The notes under the pieces: generated by a model
What the model saw: the letters and a program-made list of their open reading frames with translations, nothing else
What the model was told of the DNA's origin: nothing
Database searches by the model: none
Assembly (NCBI GenBank): GCA_964514585.1
Contig: CAZETU010000002.1
Location: 1-64,000, forward strand
Reading direction: 5' to 3'
From: Candidatus Woesearchaeota archaeon
GTDB lineage: Archaea > Nanobdellota > Nanobdellia > Pacearchaeales > GW2011-AR1
DNA: 64,000 nucleotides
Shown here: positions 18,757-26,772 of the stretch, piece after piece
How the letters are laid out: every line of letters begins with the position of its first letter
How positions within the stretch are numbered: the first letter of the stretch is position 1
Position numbers and translations under genes: made by a program

Positions 18757-19338
18757 ATGGAAATGAAGGGAAGTGAAACTGAGAAAAATTTGTTGAAGGC
18801 TTTTGCTGGAGAGAGTCAGGCTCGGATGAGGTATAATTATTTTGCTAGTGTTGCGAAGAAAGAGGGATATAAACAGATTGAAGGTTTTTTTATTGAGACT
18901 GCTGATAACGAGAAAGAGCATGCGAAGGTTTTCTTTAAGCATTTATTTGAATCTGGAGGAGAGCCACTCGAGATTACTGCTAGCTATCCTGCTGGGAAAA
19001 TTGGGACTACTGAAGAGAATTTGATGGCGGCTGCTAATGGTGAGAATGAGGAGCATACTGATATTTATCCTGAGTTTGAAAAAATTGCTAGAGAGGAAGG
19101 ATTTGAAGAGGTGGCGATTTCTTTTCATGAAATTGCTGAAGTTGAGGAATATCATGAGAAAAGATACAGGAAACTTTTGGAGAATATAAAGAATGGGACT
19201 GTGTTTAAGAAAGACGGGAAGGTTTTTTGGAAGTGTAGGAATTGTGGTTATGTTCACGAGGGAGATAGTGCTCCCTTGATTTGTCCTTCTTGTACTCATA
19301 AACAAGAGCATTTTGAAGTTTGGGTGGAGAGTTACTAA
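18757..19338 (+). CDS. rbr: Rubrerythrin
   Basis: AFAGESQARMRY, ETADNEKEHA, EVEEYHE, C-terminal CRNCGY...CPSC rubredoxin site. Confidence 0.95.
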   Translation: MEMKGSETEKNLLKAFAGESQARMRYNYFASVAKKEGYKQIEGFFIETADNEKEHAKVFFKHLFESGGEPLEITASYPAGKIGTTEENLMAAANGENEEHTDIYPEFEKIAREEGFEEVAISFHEIAEVEEYHEKRYRKLLENIKNGTVFKKDGKVFWKCRNCGYVHEGDSAPLICPSCTHKQEHFEVWVESY

Positions 19339-19700
19339 TGGCAGAAAGAAAAGAAGTTTATAGATGTGAAATTTGCGGGAATGTAGTTGAGGTTTTACAT
19401 GGTGGTCAAGGTGAACTTGTTTGTTGTGGCCAGCCTATGAAGTTGTTGACTGAGAATACTGTTGATGCAGCAACTGAAAAGCACATTCCTGTTATTGAAG
19501 GTAATATTGTTAAGGTTGGCGAGGTTTCGCATCCGATGACTGAGGAGCATTTTATTGAATGGGTTGAGGCGGCTAGTGAATCTGGGATGGAGCCTTGTAG
19601 AAAATTTTTGAAGGCTGGAGAGACTCCGGAAGTTGAGTTTCCTTTTCCTGTTAAGTATGCTAGGGCTTATTGTAATTTACATGGACTGTGGAAAAGTTAA
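19338..19700 (+). CDS. dfx: Desulfoferrodoxin (class I superoxide reductase)
   Basis: CEICGN...LVCCGQPM, EKH, HPMTEEHFIEW, CNLHG; TAATG overlap with rbr. Confidence 0.95.
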   Translation: MAERKEVYRCEICGNVVEVLHGGQGELVCCGQPMKLLTENTVDAATEKHIPVIEGNIVKVGEVSHPMTEEHFIEWVEAASESGMEPCRKFLKAGETPEVEFPFPVKYARAYCNLHGLWKS

Positions 19701-19725
19701 ATAATTCTTTTTACTTCTAATATTT

Positions 19726-20352
19726 ATGGCGAATTTAGTAAAACAGATTAATGGCTTGAGGAAGGATCCGATTTCTAAGGTTATAGCTGAGCGGATGGCC
19801 GAGTTTGCTGAGTTTGGCGGGAAGAGAAAGGATGAAGTTTTTGGTGAGCTTTGTTTTTGTTTGATGACGGCGAATTTTTCTGCTGATAAGTGTATTAATA
19901 TTCAGCGTGAGATGGGTAGGGGTTTTTCTTTGTTGTCTGAGAAAGAATTGGCTAAGGAGTTGAAGAAGTATGGGCATCGGTTTCCGAATACGAGGGCGAA
20001 TTATATTTATGAAGCTCGAAAGTGTGAGACGGGTCTTTGTGATTTGATTGGGACGGGCAAGGAGCGGCGTGAGAAGTTAGTTAAGGATATTAAGGGTCTT
20101 GGCATGAAAGAGGCTAGTCATTTTTTGAGGAACATTGGATTTACTGATGTGGCGATTATTGATTTTCATATTATTGATTTGTTGAAGCGTGAGGGTTTGA
20201 TTAATTTTAACCGAGATACGGAGACTTTGACAAAGAAGAAATATTTGGAGATTGAAAAAATTCTTGAGGAATTGGGCAAAAAGGTTGGTTTGGATTTGGC
20301 GGAATTAGATTTGTATCTTTGGTATATTGAGACGGGGAAAGTTTTGAAGTGA
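19726..20352 (+). CDS. ogg: N-glycosylase/DNA lyase (8-oxoguanine DNA glycosylase)
   Basis: ELCFCLMTAN, HRFPNTRA, HhH motif KGLGMKEASHFLRNIG, AIIDFHI. Confidence 0.9.
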   Translation: MANLVKQINGLRKDPISKVIAERMAEFAEFGGKRKDEVFGELCFCLMTANFSADKCINIQREMGRGFSLLSEKELAKELKKYGHRFPNTRANYIYEARKCETGLCDLIGTGKERREKLVKDIKGLGMKEASHFLRNIGFTDVAIIDFHIIDLLKREGLINFNRDTETLTKKKYLEIEKILEELGKKVGLDLAELDLYLWYIETGKVLK

Positions 20353-20988
20353 TTATTTGAAATTTTTTGGGTTTTCTTTTTTTAGTGTTTTAATTATTCC
20401 GTCAAAGATAATTGTTTTTTTTGTTTTTAGGTAAATGTATGCAATTGTTGAAGAGAAAAGAGCTCCAATAGCGTCTACAATTAAATCCCACATTGTATCG
20501 ATTAGTCCTGATTTTTGCATATTTAATCCAAAAAACGAATCCATTGAAAATTCGAAGATTTCCCATATTGCTCCGATTGCGATTGCAAATGTAAATGCGA
20601 AAATTGCAATTGCCCAGGGTTTTCCTACAATTTTTTGCTTGTTGTACATGAAGTAAAGAATTGTGAATCCGACGAATCCGAATATAATTGCTGAAAATGT
20701 GTGTAATAGAATGTCCCACCACCAAAAAGCTTGATAAAAATTATGGACTTCCCCCAAGAAAAGTGATGCGTAAATAAATAGGACAATTATTAGCTCTATT
20801 TCCGTTGGGAGCTTTATCCTTCTTTGTTTGCTAAATACGTAGGGAGAGACTACTAGGATTAATGTTAGTATGCAGGTGAAAATAATTGTCCAGTTTCTTT
20901 GGAGTGTTGCTTGAAATATTGCATATAAAAGAGTAATTATGATAATTATGGAAATTGCTTGGTATATCGTTTTAACTACTTTTTTCAT
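20353..20988 (-). CDS. Integral membrane protein (DUF2238-like), paralog of 59257..59871
   Basis: FWWWDILLHT, GAIWEIFEF, GLIDTMWDL. Confidence 0.75.
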   Translation of the reverse strand: MKKVVKTIYQAISIIIIITLLYAIFQATLQRNWTIIFTCILTLILVVSPYVFSKQRRIKLPTEIELIIVLFIYASLFLGEVHNFYQAFWWWDILLHTFSAIIFGFVGFTILYFMYNKQKIVGKPWAIAIFAFTFAIAIGAIWEIFEFSMDSFFGLNMQKSGLIDTMWDLIVDAIGALFSSTIAYIYLKTKKTIIFDGIIKTLKKENPKNFK

Positions 20989-21039
20989 TTTATTTATTAA
21001 TATGACAACCTATAAAAACCTTTTTTCATATCTTTTTTC

Positions 21040-21447
21040 ATGTCTTATGACTTTTTGGAGCACATTGCGGATGTGAAGTTTAGAGCCAAGGGCTTAACGG
21101 TTGAAGAGATGTTTTGTTTTGCTGCTGAGGCTTTGAATGAGACGATTCGTGGGGACATTAAGATTCTTGAGCAAAGGGCCGTTAATTTTGAGATTGAAGG
21201 TAAAGATTTAGAAAATTTGTTGTATAATTTTCTTGAGGAGTTTTTGTTTTTGTTGGATAGTGAGGGATTTTTGGCTGCGAGGATTGAATCGCTTGAGATT
21301 GATGACTTAAGGTTGAAGTGTGTTGTGATGGGTGATGATGCGGATAATTATAAGTTTACTAACGATGTGAAGGCTGTGACTTATAATGATATGTTTGTTA
21401 GAGAGAAAAATGAAGAGTTTGAATGTCAAGTTGTCTTGGATGTGTAG
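21040..21447 (+). CDS. Archease
   Basis: FLEHIADVKFRAKG...VKAVTY...VVLDV. Confidence 0.95.
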   Translation: MSYDFLEHIADVKFRAKGLTVEEMFCFAAEALNETIRGDIKILEQRAVNFEIEGKDLENLLYNFLEEFLFLLDSEGFLAARIESLEIDDLRLKCVVMGDDADNYKFTNDVKAVTYNDMFVREKNEEFECQVVLDV

Positions 21448-21449
21448 AA

Positions 21450-22178
21450 TTATTTAGCTATTTTCCATAGTAGTTCAAAGTGTTTTCTATAGCTGTTCGC
21501 AATATTTTCATCTTTCATTAATAGCGCATACGGATTTTTTGAAAAGACTACGATTGCTACATTGTTTCCAACAATAACTGTTTCTTGAAATTGTGTAAAT
21601 TCTTTATCTAAGTATTTTATTTTTGTTAGAGGATTTTTTGAAATATCTTTTCCGCCTTTTTTAACAGATTCGTCAAAAACTTGTCTTGATGGGAGTTTGT
21701 TTTCAACTCTTCTTTTGTGTAGATTTAGCCACCAAGTAAATCCCATGATTTCTGAAGTTATTGGACCACCTCCAAAGGTGTTATATTCTTTACCTTTGGT
21801 GTTTATCATAATGTTATAAACTTCCCTTATCCCTCTTATCCCTCTGAATACAGATGCAGATTCTTTTTCTTCTGTATGTTTTTGTTTTTCTTCTAGCTCT
21901 GGCAATATTTCTTTGAATCTTCTTTTTTTGTCTTCGATAAATTCTAAGAAATTACTTGGGTTGGTTGCTTGGTATATTTTCCTTTTTCCTTCTAGTATAT
22001 AATTAATTAATCCTCTGCTAATTAAAGAATTTAGATCTCTGTGGAGTGTTGAATTTGGGAGTTTTGATTTTTCCAATATTGTTCCTGCCGAGCTTGAACC
22101 TAATTCTAATAATGTTATGTAGATGGTGACTTCTGTTTTTGTGAGTCCTAATTCTTCTAATATTTTTGTATCTATCAT
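21450..22178 (-). CDS. TrmB-family transcriptional regulator
   Basis: LEELGLTKTEVTIYITLLELG wHTH, YQATNP, C-terminal effector domain. Confidence 0.85.
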   Translation of the reverse strand: MIDTKILEELGLTKTEVTIYITLLELGSSSAGTILEKSKLPNSTLHRDLNSLISRGLINYILEGKRKIYQATNPSNFLEFIEDKKRRFKEILPELEEKQKHTEEKESASVFRGIRGIREVYNIMINTKGKEYNTFGGGPITSEIMGFTWWLNLHKRRVENKLPSRQVFDESVKKGGKDISKNPLTKIKYLDKEFTQFQETVIVGNNVAIVVFSKNPYALLMKDENIANSYRKHFELLWKIAK

Positions 22179-22195
22179 CCTACCAATTGGTAGGA
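22178..22195. promoter_or_regulatory. Perfect 18-bp palindrome (putative operator) between TATA and start codon of the TrmB-like gene
   Basis: TCCTACCAATTGGTAGGA; TTTAAATA box at ~22207-22200 on - strand. Confidence 0.65.
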
Positions 22196-22279
22196 GTTAT
22201 ATTTAAATCTGTTTGTTTGTTGTTACTACTATGAAAAGGTTAATAAAAATAAACGAGATGAAAGGGGGTATTGTGAAAT

Positions 22280-22672
22280 ATGGAAAAAATGAATGATTTG
22301 GTTGAAAGAGTTTTAGAAAGAGAAGGTCCAATGTTGAGGTCTCCAACGCTTAAAGAAAAAAGAATTGTATTGACACCATCTAGAACAGATGGGGATGGTT
22401 ATGTTGTGCGTTTAGAAGGATTCTATGGATCAACAAGTGAAGGTGCACAAGAGGTGCATGATGAGTTTCTAACTTCTACGGGATATAGTTGCCAAAGAAC
22501 GTTACGACATCCTATAAATGGAGAATGGGTTGTACATGCTGTGGAAGATGGTGTAGCGAGCTCTGGAAATAAAGAAGTTGCTGATTTAATAGCTTATTCT
22601 CTTGCTCGTGAAGAAGGAAGAATGATTGCTGGAAAATTAGGATATGAATTTGAAAATAGAATTAAGAGATAA
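22280..22672 (+). CDS. Hypothetical protein (orphan)
   Basis: 130-aa ORF, A-richer codon usage than neighbours, SD-like AAAGGGGG upstream. Confidence 0.6.
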   Translation: MEKMNDLVERVLEREGPMLRSPTLKEKRIVLTPSRTDGDGYVVRLEGFYGSTSEGAQEVHDEFLTSTGYSCQRTLRHPINGEWVVHAVEDGVASSGNKEVADLIAYSLAREEGRMIAGKLGYEFENRIKR

Positions 22673-22758
22673 TATTTTTTAATTTCTTTTTTAATTTCTT
22701 TGGGGTTAAATATTTTTAATTAGTTAAATTTTTTAACCCCCTTTTCTTTTATTGTTCT

Positions 22759-24159
22759 ATGGAATTTAAGAAAATTAGTGACGTGGAATGGGAAATTCCT
22801 ATTGAAGGAGAAATGAAAGTTCCTGGACGAGTTTTTGTTAGCGAGGAGCTTTTGGAAAAGATTAAGGGAGATAAGAGTTTGGAGCAGGTGAAGAATGTTG
22901 CTAAGTTGCCTGGGATTTTAGGGGCTAGTCTTGCGATGCCGGATATGCATCAGGGTTATGGTTTTCCCATTGGTGGTGTTGCTGCTTTTGATATTGAGAG
23001 TGGGGTTATTAGTCCTGGTGGCGTTGGTTATGATATTAATTGTTCGGTTCGGTTGTTGAAAACGAATTTGAAAGCAGATGACTTGAAAGGTAAGGAAAGT
23101 GAGATTTTGCATTCGTTGTTTAGGTCTGTTCCTTCGGGAGTTGGTCGGAAGGGTCGTTTGAGTTTGGATAAGAGTAATCTTGATGATGTTTTGAGGGAAG
23201 GTGCTCAGTGGGCTGTTCGAAAAGGTTATGGTTATGGGGAGGACTGTAAGCATATTGAAGAGGAAGGTAAGATGCCCTGGGCTAATCCGGCGGATGTTTC
23301 TCAGAGGGCTAAGGGGCGAGGGATGCCTCAACTTGGGAGTCTTGGAGCTGGGAATCATTTTTTGGATGTTTTGATTGTGGACGAAATTTTTGATGAGGAT
23401 GTTGCGAGAGTTTTTGGGTTGGAAAAAGATCAAGTTGTGATTTTGATTCATTGTGGTTCTCGAGGGCTTGGGCATCAGGTTGCTAGTGATTATATTAAGT
23501 TAATGGACGACGAGTATGAGCATCCGGATTTTGATCGTGAGTTGGTTAATGCGCCGATTAAGTCTGAGCTTGGGAAAAAATATTTGTCGGCGATGGCTTG
23601 TGCTGCTAATTTTGCTTTTGCTAATAAGCAATTGATTACTCATTTTGTTCGTCAGGACTTGAAGCATTATTTTCCTGATTTGAAGATTGATGTTGTTTAT
23701 GACATTTGTCATAATATTGCGAAGTTTGAGAAGCATGGCGATAAAGAGGTCTTGGTTATGAGAAAGGGTGCGACTCGAAGTTTTGGTCCGGGCAGAGAAG
23801 AGATCCCAGAAGATTATAGAAAAGTTGGTCAGCCTGTTTTGATTCCTGGTTCGATGGGGACGTCTAGTTATGTTTTGTGTGGGACTAAAAAAGCTGAGGA
23901 ATTGACTTGGGGGTCTACGGCGCATGGGGCTGGAAGGGTTCGAAGTCGAACTGAAGCACATAGACAAATGACTTTTGAGGACGCTAAGAAAGATATGGAA
24001 GCCAGAGGTATTTTGGTTGAGTTTGGTGGGGAGAAAGGTTTGATTGAAGAGTCGCCGTTTTCTTATAAGGATATTGACGAAGTTGTTAGAGTTAGCGACG
24101 AGGCTGGTATTGGGAAGAAGGTTGCTAAGCTGAGGCCGGTGTTAGTTGTGATTGGTTAA
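22759..24159 (+). CDS. rtcB: RNA-splicing ligase RtcB
   Basis: MPDMHQGYGFPIGG, VGYDINC, GAGNHFL, HCGSRGLG, HNIAK, PGSMG, HGAGR. Confidence 0.97.
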   Translation: MEFKKISDVEWEIPIEGEMKVPGRVFVSEELLEKIKGDKSLEQVKNVAKLPGILGASLAMPDMHQGYGFPIGGVAAFDIESGVISPGGVGYDINCSVRLLKTNLKADDLKGKESEILHSLFRSVPSGVGRKGRLSLDKSNLDDVLREGAQWAVRKGYGYGEDCKHIEEEGKMPWANPADVSQRAKGRGMPQLGSLGAGNHFLDVLIVDEIFDEDVARVFGLEKDQVVILIHCGSRGLGHQVASDYIKLMDDEYEHPDFDRELVNAPIKSELGKKYLSAMACAANFAFANKQLITHFVRQDLKHYFPDLKIDVVYDICHNIAKFEKHGDKEVLVMRKGATRSFGPGREEIPEDYRKVGQPVLIPGSMGTSSYVLCGTKKAEELTWGSTAHGAGRVRSRTEAHRQMTFEDAKKDMEARGILVEFGGEKGLIEESPFSYKDIDEVVRVSDEAGIGKKVAKLRPVLVVIG

Positions 24160-24199
24160 TTTTGTAAAGTTTAATAAAGTTAACTTGTTTGTATAATTT

Positions 24200-26725
24200 A
24201 TGAAAAGAGTGATTATATTGTTTTTATTTTTTGTATTATTTTTTAGTTTTGTTAGTGCTGTTACGGATGTTTCGACTGCGAAGCGTCTTCATCGATTTTG
24301 GGATACTAGTACGGATGGACATTTTTATGCGACTAATAAGGACGAGGTGGTGTCTGTGAATAGTCGTGATCCTCTTGTTTATGAGGGAATTATGGGATAT
24401 CTGTATGTTGATTCGAGTGATGGTAGAGTGCCTCTTTATAGATTTTGGAATAATGTGAATGATATGCATATTTATGTAACTAGTGAAGCGGAGAGGACTT
24501 CTTTGGTTGCAGATCCTAATTGGGATACTGAAGGCATTGAAGGTTATATTTATCCTGCCTCTGTTTCTGAGAGTGTACCTTTTTATCGTTATTTTCTTAC
24601 TTCGAATGATGATAATTTCTATACTATGAAAGAAAGTGAGAAGACTAAAATTGATACTATTCCTTTTCCTCCTTGGAGTTTATTTAATTATATTGGGATT
24701 GAGGCCTATGTTGGTAATTATAGTTATGATGATGGTGATCAAATAATTGTTGCCTTGAATGAGTCTTATGGTGCCTTGTCTAATGTTTGGGATTATGGAG
24801 AGTTTCATCTTCCTGTCCCCGGAGCTTGTATAGGTACTGTTGTTGTCTGTAGTGGTTTGCCTCAGGCGGCGTGTACTGCTGCTGCTAGTTGTACTTGGAG
24901 AGCTGCGTATACTGTCGATAAATATCCTATGTATAGAATTTATTATGATGAAATGTTTGGAGTTTTTTATGATGATGGTTCGGATCCTCATGCTTGTGAT
25001 GGGGACAATAAGGTGGTTGGTCTTTCTGCTAATGGTAGGGCTCTTGCTGAAATTCCTTCTTTAGGTAATTATGGTACCCATGTTTGCTATGGTGATTTTC
25101 GGTGTGAGGGGGATTTGAGTGCTGGAGATTCTTGTAATAATGGCGGGGAGGTTATAATTAGATTGTCGGCGAATACTGGTGCCTTGGCTTCTGATGCTGT
25201 TTCTGCTTATCCTGTAAAGATTTGTTGTACTTCTGCTTCGGCTAATTTTTGTGGGGACGATTCGATAGATGTAGCTGGTGGAGAAGTTTGTGATGTTGGT
25301 GGTGACGGTGTAGCTGGAGGAGGCGATGATGTTTTGAGCGGTGAAACTTGTGTGAGTCAGGGTTTTGCTTCTGGGACTTTAGCTTGTAGTAATGATTGTG
25401 CTAGTTATGATACGAGTGCTTGTGTTGCTATTCCGCCTGTTACTTGTGGTAATAATATTTTTGATTCAATTGTGGAAACTTGTGATGTTGGTGGTGATGG
25501 TTCCAGCGGTGGTGGTGATGATCTTTTGGACGGTGCTACTTGCATAAGTGAGGGGTTTGTTTTTGGAGTCTTAACTTGTAGTGAGGATTGTAATAGTTAT
25601 AATACGACTGACTGTGTTGCTCTCCCCGGTAGTTTTTGTGGCGACGACTTGATAAATTTAAGTGATGGAGAAGTTTGTGATGTTGGTTCTGATAATTCTA
25701 GCGGAGGAGGAGATGATGTTTTTGTGGTGGGAGTTAGTGATTGTTCTGATATTGGTTTTGCTTCTGGGACCTTAGCTTGTAGTGAGGGGTGTGGTACTTA
25801 CAATACAACTGCCTGTGTTCCTATTGTTCCAAGTGAGGCTCGTTGGACTGATTTGACTGGTGCGATAATAACTGATGCTACAGTTGGAGATACGATTCAA
25901 ATGGTTTTGACTGATGCCTCAGGTGTTTTTGATTTTGAAGTTTTTGATAATGACCTTGTTCTTAACGATAATATTCGAGTAGGTGCTAGTGCGATAACGG
26001 GTGTTATTAATTTAGATGGTAATCTCGTTGCTAATTGGACAATAACTGATGCTGATTATAATAATGCAGATGATTTTGGCGAATCTTTCGATGAATTTTA
26101 TTTTGTTGTCGATGGTGAAATAAGTAGTTATTTAGTACTCTCTCCCGATTTTGACAATGATCCTATGGTGATTGATATAGCTTCTCCTTCTTGCGGAGAT
26201 TTTTTTGACGATGGGGATACGGTTTCTGTTTTGATTTCTGCTATTGATTTAGACGATAAAATTGATGGAACTCTTATGATTGGCGAAGAGGAGTATTTTT
26301 TTACTAATGGTGATACATCCTTTGATTATGTTTTTGACTTTGCTGGTAATTTTCAGATTCTTGCCAATTCTGTTAATTCTCGTGGGCTTCGGCAAAGGGA
26401 TATTACTAATATAATGATTATTGATACGACTATAGAAGATGTTTATGTCGCTGCTTGTATTGATGAACCTAGGGATTTTACTAATATTGAAACTGGTAGT
26501 GTTAGGTTTGAAGCAGGCACTACTCGTGGAATTAATTTTACTTTTTCTAATGGTTATGAGGTTATAGAGAAGGATGGATTAAATTTTCATTGGACTTTCA
26601 GTGACGGTAGAACTAATCATAATGTAGATGGTGTTAATTCTTTGTCTTATAGTTTTTTCAGTAACTATACTTCTGCTGGAAATAATTGGGCTACCTTGGA
26701 TGTTAATATTAAGGGTTATTCTTAG
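24200..26725 (+). CDS. Large secreted Cys-rich surface protein (DUF5648-like repeats + three Cys modules + shared C-terminal domain), paralog 1
   Basis: Signal peptide; RLHRFWD..GHFY / PLYRFWN..HIY / PFYRYF..NFY triple repeat; CGD..EVCDVG repeats. Confidence 0.8.
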   Translation: MKRVIILFLFFVLFFSFVSAVTDVSTAKRLHRFWDTSTDGHFYATNKDEVVSVNSRDPLVYEGIMGYLYVDSSDGRVPLYRFWNNVNDMHIYVTSEAERTSLVADPNWDTEGIEGYIYPASVSESVPFYRYFLTSNDDNFYTMKESEKTKIDTIPFPPWSLFNYIGIEAYVGNYSYDDGDQIIVALNESYGALSNVWDYGEFHLPVPGACIGTVVVCSGLPQAACTAAASCTWRAAYTVDKYPMYRIYYDEMFGVFYDDGSDPHACDGDNKVVGLSANGRALAEIPSLGNYGTHVCYGDFRCEGDLSAGDSCNNGGEVIIRLSANTGALASDAVSAYPVKICCTSASANFCGDDSIDVAGGEVCDVGGDGVAGGGDDVLSGETCVSQGFASGTLACSNDCASYDTSACVAIPPVTCGNNIFDSIVETCDVGGDGSSGGGDDLLDGATCISEGFVFGVLTCSEDCNSYNTTDCVALPGSFCGDDLINLSDGEVCDVGSDNSSGGGDDVFVVGVSDCSDIGFASGTLACSEGCGTYNTTACVPIVPSEARWTDLTGAIITDATVGDTIQMVLTDASGVFDFEVFDNDLVLNDNIRVGASAITGVINLDGNLVANWTITDADYNNADDFGESFDEFYFVVDGEISSYLVLSPDFDNDPMVIDIASPSCGDFFDDGDTVSVLISAIDLDDKIDGTLMIGEEEYFFTNGDTSFDYVFDFAGNFQILANSVNSRGLRQRDITNIMIIDTTIEDVYVAACIDEPRDFTNIETGSVRFEAGTTRGINFTFSNGYEVIEKDGLNFHWTFSDGRTNHNVDGVNSLSYSFFSNYTSAGNNWATLDVNIKGYS

Positions 26726-26772
26726 TGAAGATTCATGAAAAGATTAATAAAGGAAAGTGTTGTTGGTAATTT

